Under the pieces are notes generated by a model. That model saw only the letters and a list, made by a program, of their open reading frames with translations, did not search any database and had not been told where the DNA came from. DNA of 39,803 bases from Gemmatimonadales bacterium (GTDB lineage: Bacteria; Gemmatimonadota; Gemmatimonadetes; Gemmatimonadales; GWC2-71-9), in contig JBOHSI010000205.1 in assembly GCA_050733055.1 (NCBI GenBank), positions 1 to 39,803 on the forward strand, read 5' to 3'. The first letter of the stretch is position 1. Every line of letters starts with the position of its first letter. Positions 1 to 9,410 of this stretch are shown here, piece by piece. The translations under genes were made by a program, and so were the position numbers.

Positions 1-1484
1 CGGGCGTGGCCGTGCCCCGCCGTGTGGACGAGCTGCAACAGATCGTCCGCTGGGCCGCGGACACGGGCACGCCGCTCGTGCCCCGGGGCTCCGGCAGCGG
101 GATGCCGGGATCGAATGTGGGTCGAGGCGTGGTCGTGGACCTGAGCCAGGGGTTCCGCTGGATGGCGCCGGACTGGGCCCATCGCTCCGTGTGGGTGGGC
201 GCATCGGTGACGTGGGGGGAGGTGAGCGATGCCGCCCGCCCGTTCGGGTTACGGCTTCCCCCGGACCCGTCGTCCGGCGCGTTCGCGACCTCCGGCGGGA
301 TGGTCGCGACCAACGCCGCGGGCCCGCGCTCGGTGCGCTGCGGCAGCGTGCGCCCGTGGATAGAGGCGGTGGAGATCGTGGGTGCGGACGGCGAGGCGCA
401 CCGGGTGTCACGAGGGGCGGGGGGGGGGGAGCGGTTCCGCCTGGAGCCGGGCGCGCGGCGGCTCGTCGCGGAGCGCTTTCCCCGCACCCGCAAGAACTCG
501 AGCGGATACGCCCTGGACCGCTACGCCGAGTCGGGGGACGAGCTGGACCTGCTCATCGGGTCCGAGGGAACGCTCGCGGTGATCACGGCGGTGCGGTGGC
601 GGCTCGAGCCGATCCCGCCCGACAGGGCCGGCGCCGCCCTTGGCTTCGGGAGCGTCGAGGCGCTCGCCGAGGCGGTCCCCCACATCGTGGCGCTCAATCC
701 GTCGGCGGTGGAGCTCCTGGACCGAACGCTCCTCGAGCTCGTGCGGGAGGCCGGTGCCGACATTCCGGAGGGGGTCGACGGGCTGTTGCTCCTCGAGTTC
801 GAGCGCGACACGGCCGCGGCCGCGCGCGGGGCGGTCGGGGACGTGGTGCGCGGGCTCAAGCCACTCACCGCGCACGTCGCGACGGCGGTGGACCGCGGGA
901 GCCTCGAGAAGCTCTGGACCATCCGCAGGCTCGCGAGCCCCGCCCTCGCCCGGCTCCCCGAGACCCGGCGCTCCCTTCAGGTGGTGGAAGACGGGTGTGT
1001 CCCGCTCGAGCGGCTGGGCGACTACCTCGCGGGGCTGCGCTCGGCGGCGCAGCGTCACGGGGTGCCGGTGACCAGCTTCGGCCACGCGGGCGACGGGCAC
1101 GTGCACGTGAACGCTCAGCCTGACACGACGCGGCCCGGCTGGAAGGACGCGCTCGCGGCGCTGTTCGCCGAGGTCACCGACCTGGTCGGGCGGTTGGGCG
1201 GCACGCCGTCCGGAGAGCACGGCGACGGACGGCTGCGCGCAGGACTGGTCGAGCGCTTCCACGGGCCCGAGGTGGCGGCGCTGTGCCGCGGCCTCAAGGC
1301 GGCGTACGACCCGCGGCTGATCCTCAATCCCGGTGTTATAATCCCCTCGGCCGATTGGGCGCCGCTCGCCGATCTGAAGATCGGCTTGGACGCCGCGCGG
1401 ATCCCCGACGACATCGCCGCTCGGTTGCGCGACATCGAGCGCACCGCCGGGTGGGCCACCCCCAAGCCCGAGCTCGCCCGCTGA
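1..1484 (+). CDS. FAD-linked oxidase, GlcD / D-lactate dehydrogenase family (5' end off-window)
   Basis: ORF 6..1484. FAD_binding_4-like 'PLVPRGSGSGMPGSNVG' lies only about 25 aa into the ORF, whereas it sits deeper in full-length members, so the N-terminus is cut by the window edge. C-terminal 'FGHAGDGHVHVN' and 'GEHGDGRLR' are typical of this family. Confidence 0.8.
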   Translation, partial: GVAVPRRVDELQQIVRWAADTGTPLVPRGSGSGMPGSNVGRGVVVDLSQGFRWMAPDWAHRSVWVGASVTWGEVSDAARPFGLRLPPDPSSGAFATSGGMVATNAAGPRSVRCGSVRPWIEAVEIVGADGEAHRVSRGAGGGERFRLEPGARRLVAERFPRTRKNSSGYALDRYAESGDELDLLIGSEGTLAVITAVRWRLEPIPPDRAGAALGFGSVEALAEAVPHIVALNPSAVELLDRTLLELVREAGADIPEGVDGLLLLEFERDTAAAARGAVGDVVRGLKPLTAHVATAVDRGSLEKLWTIRRLASPALARLPETRRSLQVVEDGCVPLERLGDYLAGLRSAAQRHGVPVTSFGHAGDGHVHVNAQPDTTRPGWKDALAALFAEVTDLVGRLGGTPSGEHGDGRLRAGLVERFHGPEVAALCRGLKAAYDPRLILNPGVIIPSADWAPLADLKIGLDAARIPDDIAARLRDIERTAGWATPKPELAR

Positions 1485-2242
1485 TGGATCTCGAGATCTA
1501 CCGCGCTCCCCGCATCACGCTCATCGCCCGCCCCCAGTTCCTCGAGCCGGAGCACCTGCGAGTGCAATGGCGCGGGGACGCGTCAGACGGAGAGCGGCTC
1601 GCCGAGTACGCCGGCCGGATCTGCTACATGAGCCACCACAACCCCGCGAACCGGGCGACGGCGGAGTATCTCGAGAACATCAAGAAGCAGGGTCACGGCT
1701 CCGTGCTCGAGCATCCCGTGTACGTGCTCCTGATCGAAGGGATTTCCCGCTCCTGCTCGCATGAGCTCGTGCGCCACCGCGCCGGCTTTGGCTATTCTCA
1801 GCTCTCGCAGCGCTACGTCGACGAGTCGCATGCGGCGTTCGTCATCCCTCCAGCCATCCTCGGCGACGAGCGGCTGGAGCACGAATGGGAGCGACACGTC
1901 GCGGAGAGCCAGGCGGCCTACGGGCGCGCGGTCGAGTCGCTGATGGAGCGGTACGCGTGGGTCACGGACAAGGTCCATCGGCGCAAGCTGGCGCGCGAAG
2001 CGGCGCGCAGCGTGTTGCCGAACGCCACCGAGGTGAAAATCGTGGTCTCGGCGAACGTGCGTGCGTGGCGCACGATGCTCGAGTTGCGCACGTCGGAGGG
2101 CGCGGAGCTCGAGATTCGCCGGATGGCGATCGCGTGCCTCCGCGGCTTGCAGCCCCAGGCACCCGCGCTGTTCTCCGATTTCGAGATCTACCTCGCCGAC
2201 GACAAACAGGAAGCCGCCCGCGTCGCGTACCACAAAGTGTGA
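1484..2242 (+). CDS. thyX: Flavin-dependent thymidylate synthase ThyX
   Basis: Internal ATG of ORF 1283..2242 (MDLEIYRAP...). ThyX signature 'ELVRHRAGFGYSQLSQRY' (RHR...S..SQRY). The start ATG at 1484 overlaps the TGA of the upstream oxidase (TGATG). Confidence 0.9.
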   Translation: MDLEIYRAPRITLIARPQFLEPEHLRVQWRGDASDGERLAEYAGRICYMSHHNPANRATAEYLENIKKQGHGSVLEHPVYVLLIEGISRSCSHELVRHRAGFGYSQLSQRYVDESHAAFVIPPAILGDERLEHEWERHVAESQAAYGRAVESLMERYAWVTDKVHRRKLAREAARSVLPNATEVKIVVSANVRAWRTMLELRTSEGAELEIRRMAIACLRGLQPQAPALFSDFEIYLADDKQEAARVAYHKV

Positions 2243-2277
2243 GCGTCGGACGTCGGGGAAAAAATCCATTCTCCCTA

Positions 2278-2306
2278 TTGCGCATCGCTCCGGCTTTTCG
2301 TATTCT
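2278..2306 (+). promoter_or_regulatory. Candidate sigma70-like promoter (TTGCGC-17 nt-TATTCT) upstream of the ATP-grasp/KamA operon
   Basis: Read directly: TTGCGC at 2278..2283, a 17-nt spacer, TATTCT at 2301..2306. It lies in a locally AT-richer intergenic stretch 2243..2384. Confidence 0.3.
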
Positions 2307-2384
2307 CTACTCGACAATCCGTGTCGCTCCACAGACCGCACGACATGAGCGGCCTTTTTTGTAGGAGATCACCCGAGAGACCAC

Positions 2385-3452
2385 ATGCGAATCGGTCTCG
2401 CGTACAACCAAAAACCCGATCCCGCGCCCGCCGAAGAGCCTCCGAGTACCAGCGACGCGTTCGCCGAGTGGGACGACCCATCCACCATCGCCGCGGTGGA
2501 GCAGGCTCTCGGTCTCTTCGGCAGCGTCATTCGACTCGAAGCCGATCAGTTCTTGCCGCAGAAGCTCGCCCTCGCCCGTCCCGACCTCGTGTTCAACATG
2601 GCCGAGGGGCTCCACGGCCAGAACCGCGAAGCGCTCGTCCCCGCGATCTGCGAGTACCTGAGCATTCCGTACACGGGCTCGGACCCGCTCACGCTCGGGC
2701 TGTCGCTCCACAAGGGACGCACCAAAGAGATCCTCGCGTTCCGTGGGGTGCCGACCGCGCCGTTCGCGTGCGTCGAGACGGCAACGGATCTGGAGCACGT
2801 GGCGCTGCCGTTTCCGGTGTTCGTCAAGCCGGTTGCGGAGGGGTCCGGTAAAGGGGTATTTGCCAATAACTTATGCCAGGCCCCCGCGCAGCTGCGCGAG
2901 CGCGGCCGGTACCTGCTCGATCGTTACACCGAGCCCGTCTTGGTCGAGACCTACCTCCCCGGTCCGGAGTTCACGGTCGCGATTCTGGGCAACGGTGCGG
3001 CGGCCTACTGCCTCCCCGTCATCGGCCTCGACTTCTCGACCCTCCCCGCGGGCGCGGCGCCCGTGTACGGCTACGAAGCCAAGTGGGTATGGGATCGGCC
3101 GGAGGCCCCGCTCGCCATCTTCCAGTGCCCCGCGCGGGTGCCGGCCGACCTGTACAGCGAGATCGAGCGCACGGCCCTCGACGCCTACCACGCTCTCGGT
3201 TGCCGCGACTGGTGCCGCGTCGACATCCGCGTGGACCGGTTCAGCGTCCCCAACATCCTCGAGCTCAACCCGCTGCCCGGGATCATCCCCGACCCCGCGA
3301 TGAACTCCTGCTTCCCGAAGGCCGCCCGCGCCGCCGGCTTCAGCTACGACGAACTGATCCAGGAGGTCGTCCGCATCGCTTGGCGGCGGCTGACCGGGCA
3401 GGACGTCGCGATCGATCTCGGGGCCGGCCAGGCCGCGGCGGCATCCGCATGA
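2385..3452 (+). CDS. ATP-grasp ligase, D-alanine--D-alanine ligase-like family (copy 1)
   Basis: 355-aa ORF 'MRIGLAYNQKPD...'. ATP-grasp landmarks: 'VFVKPVAEGSGKGV', 'LVETYLPGPEFTVAILGN', 'RVDIRVD...ILELNPLPGI'. Confidence 0.75.
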   Translation: MRIGLAYNQKPDPAPAEEPPSTSDAFAEWDDPSTIAAVEQALGLFGSVIRLEADQFLPQKLALARPDLVFNMAEGLHGQNREALVPAICEYLSIPYTGSDPLTLGLSLHKGRTKEILAFRGVPTAPFACVETATDLEHVALPFPVFVKPVAEGSGKGVFANNLCQAPAQLRERGRYLLDRYTEPVLVETYLPGPEFTVAILGNGAAAYCLPVIGLDFSTLPAGAAPVYGYEAKWVWDRPEAPLAIFQCPARVPADLYSEIERTALDAYHALGCRDWCRVDIRVDRFSVPNILELNPLPGIIPDPAMNSCFPKAARAAGFSYDELIQEVVRIAWRRLTGQDVAIDLGAGQAAAASA

Positions 3453-4468
3453 GGATCGTCATCCTCTACGACCCCGGCGCCGACGACTGGACGACGGAGG
3501 ACATCCGTGGCGTGATGAAGGCCGTGGACGAGATCGGGGCGATATTCGGCGCAAAGGGTCACGAGATCCGGAAGGTCCCGGTGCGCCACGACATGCGGTG
3601 GTTTCAGGTGGCTCGACGCGCAGACCTCGTCTTCAACCTGTGCGAGGGCGTGCACGGGCGCAGCGAGTGGGAAGAGCATGTCGTCGGGACCCTCGAGTTC
3701 GCGGGGCTTGCGGTCACGGGCGCGAGTCTGTGGACCTTGGCCGCCTGCCGCCGCAAGGCGGTGGCGAACGCACTGCTCGAGCGGGCCGGGCTCCCAGTCC
3801 CCCGCTGGACGCTGGCACAGGGCACGATCGACGACGACTTCCCCCTCCCCGCGATCGTCAAGCCGGCGGCGGAAGACGCGAGCGCAGGGCTCGACCGCGG
3901 GTCGGTCGTCAACGACCGCAACGAGCTGCGCGCGCGTGTCGCCGCGATGACGGAGCAGTTCGACGAGGTGCTCATCCAGGAGTACGTCGCGGGCCGCGAG
4001 TTCAATGTCGGCTGTGTCGGCAGCCGCGTCCTGCCCATCGCCGAGATCGACTTCAGCCGGATGCCCGAGCGCGCCTGGCCGATCCTCACGTACGCCGCGA
4101 AGTGGGAGACCGGCTCGCCAGACGACGTGGGCAGCGTCCCCGTGTGCCCCGCCAGCATCCCCCCCAAGGTCGCCGACCGGCTGGTGAGGATCGCGGACGC
4201 CGCCTGGCGCGCGATGCAGGGGAAGGGCTACGGCCGGGTCGACCTGCGGATGGACGAGCAGGGCCGTCCCTGGGTCCTCGAGGTCAACCCCAACCCCGAC
4301 CTGAACGACGACGCCGGCCTGTCGCGGATGGCGAGGGTGGCCGGCTGGGACTACGCGGAACTCGTGCGCCGGATCGCCGAGGTCGCGCTCCGCGAGGCCC
4401 AGGGCGCGAAGGCCGCCCGTGAGCTGCTCGCTCCGCCCCGTCGGCCGCGCGCAGCGCGCCCGACTTGA
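3449..4468 (+). CDS. ATP-grasp ligase, D-alanine--D-alanine ligase-like family (copy 2)
   Basis: Internal ATG (MRIVILYDPGADDW...) of ORF 2873..4468. ATGA overlap with the upstream stop (3449..3452). Landmarks: 'AIVKPAAEDASAGL', 'LIQEYVAGREFNVGCVG', 'RVDLRMDEQGRPWVLEVNPNPDL'. Confidence 0.75.
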   Translation: MRIVILYDPGADDWTTEDIRGVMKAVDEIGAIFGAKGHEIRKVPVRHDMRWFQVARRADLVFNLCEGVHGRSEWEEHVVGTLEFAGLAVTGASLWTLAACRRKAVANALLERAGLPVPRWTLAQGTIDDDFPLPAIVKPAAEDASAGLDRGSVVNDRNELRARVAAMTEQFDEVLIQEYVAGREFNVGCVGSRVLPIAEIDFSRMPERAWPILTYAAKWETGSPDDVGSVPVCPASIPPKVADRLVRIADAAWRAMQGKGYGRVDLRMDEQGRPWVLEVNPNPDLNDDAGLSRMARVAGWDYAELVRRIAEVALREAQGAKAARELLAPPRRPRAARPT

Positions 4469-4919
4469 GCGGTTGACCCGCGCGACGGGTCTCTTCCGGC
4501 CGGAGGAGGTTGCGACGGCCGTGGAACTGCTCGACGAGAGCCTCGGCGGGGACAACGACTACCGGTTTCTCGGCGCGTATGCGGGCGACGAGCTGATCGG
4601 TTATGCGTCCTGGGGTCCGACCCCGGGCACGCAAGGCACCTACGACCTGTACTGGATCGTCGTCGACCCCGCATCGCAGGGGAAAGGCGTCGGCACCCAA
4701 CTGCTCGCGGCGGTCGAAACGCAACTGCTGGTTGACCGCTGTCGGCTGATCGTCGTCGAGACCTCGTCTCGCGCCGACTATGCCCCGACGCGCGCCTTTT
4801 ACGAGCGGCGCGGCTACGCTCGGGCGGCGACCCTGCCCGGCTACTACGCGCCGGATGACGACTTGGTGATTTATCTCAAGGACCTGAGGCATGGTGTCCT
4901 GGCAAGAGCTTCTTCGTAA
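4419..4919 (+). CDS. GNAT family N-acetyltransferase
   Basis: 166-aa ORF. Acetyl-CoA binding core 'WIVVDPASQGKGVGTQLLAAVE' (Q/RxxGxG/A) and C-terminal 'AFYERRGY'. The GTG start overlaps the previous gene by 50 nt. Confidence 0.7.
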   Translation: MSCSLRPVGRAQRARLERLTRATGLFRPEEVATAVELLDESLGGDNDYRFLGAYAGDELIGYASWGPTPGTQGTYDLYWIVVDPASQGKGVGTQLLAAVETQLLVDRCRLIVVETSSRADYAPTRAFYERRGYARAATLPGYYAPDDDLVIYLKDLRHGVLARASS

Positions 4920-5970
4920 GAAGAGCATCGCCTCGCTCGAGGCGCTCGTCGCGAAGTTCGGGCCCGAACCCTTCCCCGACCTCGGGCGTCTGCGCTTGGC
5001 GGCCGAGAACTTTGAGTTCCGGATCTCGCCCGCGATGGTGGACCTCATCCAGTCGCCGGGCGATCCGATCTGGCGGCAGTATGTCCCCGACCTCCAGGAG
5101 CTCGACGTCCACGACGGGCTGGTGGATTCGCTCGCGGAAGACGCCCACTCGCCCGTCCCGAACATCACGCACCGTTACCCGGACCGGGCGCTGTTCCTCG
5201 TGTCCCCTGTGTGCGCGTCGTATTGCCGCTTTTGCACGCGGCGCCGCAAGGTGGGGGACCCGGACAAGATCCCGCTGTCCCAGCTCGAGTCGGCCTTCCG
5301 CTACCTCGAGGAGCACACCGAGATCCGCGACGTCATCATGTCGGGCGGCGACCCCCTGCTGCTCTCGGACCGGCGGATCGACGAGATCTGCGAGCGGTTG
5401 CGGTCCATCACACACATCGAGGTCCTCCGCATCGGGAGCAGGGTGCCGTGCCACCTCCCGGAGCGGATCACGCCCGAGCTGTGCGCCATCCTGCGGAAGT
5501 ACCATCCGCTCTACATCAACACCCATTTCAACCACCCGTGCGAGCTGACGGCTGCGGCGGTCGCAGGCCTCGGCCTGCTCGCCGATGCCGGCATCCCGCT
5601 CGGCTGCCAGACGGTGCTCCTGAAGGGCGTGAACGACGACCCCGAAGTGATGAAGCTCCTGATGCAGAAGCTCCTCGCCGCGCGGGTGCGCCCGTACTAC
5701 ATCTACATGTGCGACCAGGTGGCGGGCGCGGAGCACTTCCGCACGACCGTCGAGACGGGGCTCGAGATCATCAGGGCGCTGCGGGGCTGGACGTCGGGGC
5801 TCGCCGTGCCGCATTTCGTGATCGACGCGCCCGGCGGCGGGGGGAAGATCCCGTTGCTGCCCGAGTACGTGGAGTCGATCACAGACGAGGAAGTTGTGCT
5901 CCGCAACTATGCGGGGAAGCGGTACGTGTACAAACAACCGATGGTGCAGGAGCCGATTCTCGTCGGCTAA
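4891..5970 (+). CDS. KamA-family radical SAM aminomutase (lysine 2,3-aminomutase-like, short form)
   Basis: 359-aa ORF. Radical-SAM cluster motif 'CASYCRFCTRRRK' (CxxxCxxC in the KamA context), 'SGGDPLLL', 'PYYIYMCD'. GAGG lies 2-5 nt before the ATG at 4891. It overlaps the GNAT gene by 29 nt. Confidence 0.85.
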   Translation: MVSWQELLRKKSIASLEALVAKFGPEPFPDLGRLRLAAENFEFRISPAMVDLIQSPGDPIWRQYVPDLQELDVHDGLVDSLAEDAHSPVPNITHRYPDRALFLVSPVCASYCRFCTRRRKVGDPDKIPLSQLESAFRYLEEHTEIRDVIMSGGDPLLLSDRRIDEICERLRSITHIEVLRIGSRVPCHLPERITPELCAILRKYHPLYINTHFNHPCELTAAAVAGLGLLADAGIPLGCQTVLLKGVNDDPEVMKLLMQKLLAARVRPYYIYMCDQVAGAEHFRTTVETGLEIIRALRGWTSGLAVPHFVIDAPGGGGKIPLLPEYVESITDEEVVLRNYAGKRYVYKQPMVQEPILVG

Positions 5971-5994
5971 GCGAAGCGGGCCGTAGCAGCACGA

Positions 5995-6027
5995 GGGGCC
6001 CGGGGCGCGAGCGAGCGCTCCGGCCCC
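5995..6027 (+). terminator. GC-rich stem-loop downstream of the KamA-family gene (possible terminator)
   Basis: GGGGCCCGGGGCGC (5995..6008) pairs with GCGCTCCGGCCCC (6015..6027), with one bulge and one mismatch. The loop is GAGCGA. There is no clear U-tract. Confidence 0.3.
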
Positions 6028-6052
6028 GTTGCTCGTTAAGATTCACACGACC

Positions 6053-7045
6053 ATGCGTGCCATGCTGTTGGACGTCCCGCGCCGCCCACTGCGCGCGGCC
6101 GACGTCGCCCGCCCCGAGCCCAAGCCCCACCAGATCCTGCTCACCGTGAAGGCGTGCGGCGTCTGCCGCACCGACCTCCACGTCATCGACGGAGACCTCC
6201 CCGACCCGAAACTGCCCCTCGTGCTCGGTCACGAGATCGTGGGGTCGGTGGTCGCGACCGGCGCGGAGGTCGCGCGCTTCACCCCCGGACAGCGGGTGGG
6301 CGTGCCGTGGCTCGGCTGGACCTGCGGCGCCTGCCGCTACTGCTGCGCGGGGTGCGAGAATCTGTGCGACCGCGCCCGGTTCACGGGCTACCAGCTCGAC
6401 GGCGGCTACGCCGAGTACGCGGTTGCGGACGCGCGCTTCGCATTCCCGATCCCGGACAGCTACGGGGACCTCGAGGCGGCACCGCTGCTCTGCGCTGGGC
6501 TGATCGGCTACCGCTCGCTGGCTGCCGCGGGAGCCGCTGAGCGGATCGGGCTGTACGGCTTCGGCGCCGCCGCGCACATCGTCGCCCAGGTCGCGCGCCA
6601 CCAGGGCCGGCGGGTCTTCGCGTTCACGCGCCCGGGAGACAGCGACGCCCAACAGTTCGCGCTCGCGCTCGGAGCAGAATGGGCGGGAGCGTCGGACGCG
6701 CCGCCGCCCCACTCGCTTGACGCGGCGATCATCTTCGCGCCCGTAGGCGCGCTCGTCCCCGCGGCGCTCCGCGCCGTGGTGAAAGGCGGGACAGTCGTGT
6801 GCGCCGGGATCCACATGAGCGAGATCCCCGCGTTTTCGTACGACATCCTCTGGGGAGAGCGCGTCATCCGTTCGGTGGCCAATCTCACACGGCAGGATGG
6901 CGAGCACTTCCTCGCGCTCGCCCCGAAGGTACCGGTGCGGACGGCAGTCGAACCGTACGCACTCGAGCGGGCGAACGAGGCGCTGGAGCGGCTGCGCGCG
7001 GGGAAGGTGCACGGGGCGGCGGTGCTGGAAATCCGATCGAGCTGA
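6053..7045 (+). CDS. Zinc-dependent alcohol dehydrogenase family oxidoreductase
   Basis: 'CGVCRTDLH', 'GHEIVG', and the structural-Zn motif 'CGACRYCCAGCENLC'. The ATG at 6053 is preferred over the TTG at 6029. Confidence 0.85.
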   Translation: MRAMLLDVPRRPLRAADVARPEPKPHQILLTVKACGVCRTDLHVIDGDLPDPKLPLVLGHEIVGSVVATGAEVARFTPGQRVGVPWLGWTCGACRYCCAGCENLCDRARFTGYQLDGGYAEYAVADARFAFPIPDSYGDLEAAPLLCAGLIGYRSLAAAGAAERIGLYGFGAAAHIVAQVARHQGRRVFAFTRPGDSDAQQFALALGAEWAGASDAPPPHSLDAAIIFAPVGALVPAALRAVVKGGTVVCAGIHMSEIPAFSYDILWGERVIRSVANLTRQDGEHFLALAPKVPVRTAVEPYALERANEALERLRAGKVHGAAVLEIRSS

Positions 7046-7110
7046 GGGGCACTGTCACACCCTGACGCAACGGGCGTCTCCCGCGCTCACGTGCCAAGCG
7101 AGGCCATCCA

Positions 7111-9261
7111 TCAGATGCGCGCCCGGAGCGCCTGGAAGCGCGGATCACCGCGCAACGAGTCGAGGTCCGAGTCGTTCTCCAGCCACTCCCGGTGCCCGAA
7201 CCCATTCTGGATCGCTTTCTCGAGGCAGCCGATCGCCTCGTCCGTCAGCCCCCGAAGTGCATACGCGCACGCCACGTTGTAGAGGATCCCCGGGTCCTCC
7301 TGATCCATGGCGTACGCCCGTCTGGCCCACTCGAGCCCCCGTTCGTTGTCGCCCAGCTGGATCCACGCGGTTGCACCCAAGACGAGAGCGCGAGCGTCGT
7401 CTGGGTTGAGCTCAAGGTGCTTCTCGGCCACCTGTAACCCCCGGCTGAGGGCCGCGTGAGCGTCTGCCGTGCGGCCCAGCGAGGTCAGGGGTGCCTGCAT
7501 CAGAAACAGTGCCTGGTAGTCTTCAGGGCGCACGCGCGAGGCATCTTCGTAATGCCGCACGGCCTCCTCCAGCTTGCCCTCCTGGAAGCACGCCCGCGCA
7601 TATAGGTAGTGCGCTTCGTACAACTTCGGGTTGAGCCGGATCGCGGTTTCGAACTCCCGCCGTGCCTCGTCGTACTGCCTGCTCAGGGACAAGGCGAACC
7701 CCCGGGACGCGTGCGCCTCGGCCAGCTCGGGATCGAGCTGAAGGGCCTTGCGGCTCGCGGAGTCCGCGCTCTCAAGATTGGCCTTGCTGCCGTCCCAGTA
7801 CATGTAGAGGAACGAGCAGCAGTCGGCGACCCCGGCGTACGCAAGGGCGTAGTCGGGGTCGATCTCGATGGCGCGCTCGAACATCCGGCGCGCGAACTGG
7901 ATGCCGGTGCGGCGGAACTGGTGGAAGAACTGCCGCCCGCGCAGGTAGTAGTCGTACGCCTGCACGTTCTCGGTCGGCGCCTTCTCGATCGCCCGTTTCT
8001 CTTCCTCGCTCAGCACCACCCGCAGCGCCTTGACGATGTTCTCGGCGATTTCGTCCTGGATCGCGAACACGTCCTGCAGCTCGCGGTCGTAGCGCTCTGA
8101 CCAGAGATGGTAGCCGTCGGCGACATTCACGAGCTGCGCCGTGACCCGCAGCCTGGTCCCCGCTTTCCGTACGCTGCCCTCGAGCACCGTCGCGACTTTC
8201 AGCTTCCGGCCGATCTCGCCGATGGCCGCGTTCTTCCCCTTGAACGCGAACGCCGAGGTCCGCGACGCCACGCGCAGCGCCTGGATCTTGGTGAGCGCGT
8301 TGATGATCTCCTCGGCGATGCCTTCGCAAAAATACTCCTGGTCCCGCTGAGAGCTCATGTCCGCGAACGGCAGCACCGCGATCGACTTCGCCGCGCCGGC
8401 CGGCATGCTTCCCGGCGGCGTCGAGCCGCCAGCGGGCCACGCGAGCGCCTGGGCGAACTGTGCGGCCGTCGTGTACCGCCCGGCCGGGGCCTTCGCCAGC
8501 GCCTTCAGCACCGCCTGCTCCAGCCAGTCAGGTACCTCATCCCGTCGTTCGCGGAGCCGGGGCACCGGATCCGTGAACAACCTCGCGATGATCGCCTGCA
8601 CCGTGGGCCCCGTGAACGGCGCCACCCCCCCCAGCATCTCGTACAGCACCGCGCCCAGGGAATAGATGTCGCTTCGCCCGTCCAGCTCGGCCTCCCCCGC
8701 CGCCTGCTCCGGGCTCATGTACGCCGGCGTGCCCACCGCGGTACCGGTCTGCGTCAGGTTCTCTGCCGCAGCCGTCACCGCCTTGGCGATCCCGAAATCG
8801 GTCACCACTGCCTCACCGTCGTGCAGCATCACGTTTTCGGGCTTGATGTCGCGGTGGACGATCTGGTGCCGGTGGGCGTAGTCCAGCGCCGACGCCACGG
8901 CCCGGGCCACCTGGAGCGCGTCCTCCAGCGGCAGCTGCCGCTCGCGCTCCAAGCGCTGGCGCAGCGATTCACCCTCGACGTAGGGCATCACGTAGTACAG
9001 GAGCTCCCCGGCCTGCCCGGAGTCGTACAGCGGGACGATGTGGGGATGCTGCAGGCGGGCCGCGATCTGGATCTCGCGCAGGAACCGGTCGGGCCCGAGG
9101 CTCACCGCCAGCTGGGGGTGCAGCACCTTCACGGCCACCGGGCGGTGGTGCCGCAGGTCCTGCGCGAGAAAAACCGTCGCCATGCCGCCGCGGCCGACTT
9201 CCCGCTCGATGGCGTAGCGGTCGGCCAGAGCGGTGCGAGCGCGGTCAACCAATTCAGCCAT
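7111..9261 (-). CDS. Hanks-type Ser/Thr protein kinase with C-terminal TPR domain (intact copy)
   Basis: 716-aa ORF. 'GRGGMATVFLA...AVKVL' (G-loop/VAIK), 'HRDIKPEN', 'DFGIAK', 'GTPAYMSPEQ'. These are followed by 'IAVLPFADMS...' and multiple TPR-like repeats. Confidence 0.9.
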   Translation of the reverse strand: MAELVDRARTALADRYAIEREVGRGGMATVFLAQDLRHHRPVAVKVLHPQLAVSLGPDRFLREIQIAARLQHPHIVPLYDSGQAGELLYYVMPYVEGESLRQRLERERQLPLEDALQVARAVASALDYAHRHQIVHRDIKPENVMLHDGEAVVTDFGIAKAVTAAAENLTQTGTAVGTPAYMSPEQAAGEAELDGRSDIYSLGAVLYEMLGGVAPFTGPTVQAIIARLFTDPVPRLRERRDEVPDWLEQAVLKALAKAPAGRYTTAAQFAQALAWPAGGSTPPGSMPAGAAKSIAVLPFADMSSQRDQEYFCEGIAEEIINALTKIQALRVASRTSAFAFKGKNAAIGEIGRKLKVATVLEGSVRKAGTRLRVTAQLVNVADGYHLWSERYDRELQDVFAIQDEIAENIVKALRVVLSEEEKRAIEKAPTENVQAYDYYLRGRQFFHQFRRTGIQFARRMFERAIEIDPDYALAYAGVADCCSFLYMYWDGSKANLESADSASRKALQLDPELAEAHASRGFALSLSRQYDEARREFETAIRLNPKLYEAHYLYARACFQEGKLEEAVRHYEDASRVRPEDYQALFLMQAPLTSLGRTADAHAALSRGLQVAEKHLELNPDDARALVLGATAWIQLGDNERGLEWARRAYAMDQEDPGILYNVACAYALRGLTDEAIGCLEKAIQNGFGHREWLENDSDLDSLRGDPRFQALRARI

Positions 9262-9410
9262 TTATGGCAAAGATATGGCTTGCTCCATCGTCCCGCGAGC
9301 GAGCGCCCGCCAGTCCCATTCACGAGCGCGCCGCATCACCTCGATCATCGCGGACGCCGACTCGACCGCCCTCCGCATTCTCCGCCCACGCCGGCACGGT
9401 CACATCTTGC

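Noticed and set aside
2330-2362. 'GACCGCACGACATGAGCGGCCTTTTTT' upstream of the ATP-grasp operon, considered as a terminator, attenuator or lysine-responsive leader.
   Set aside because: - The stem is only about 4-5 bp.
- The leader is far too short for an L-box riboswitch.
- The T6 run is notable in this GC-rich DNA but the evidence is insufficient.
2873-3448. 192-aa N-terminal extension of the second ATP-grasp ORF.
   Set aside because: - It lies out of frame over the first ATP-grasp gene and is Arg/Pro-rich.
- The internal ATG at 3449 gives an ATGA-coupled start and the family-typical 'MRIVILYD' N-terminus.
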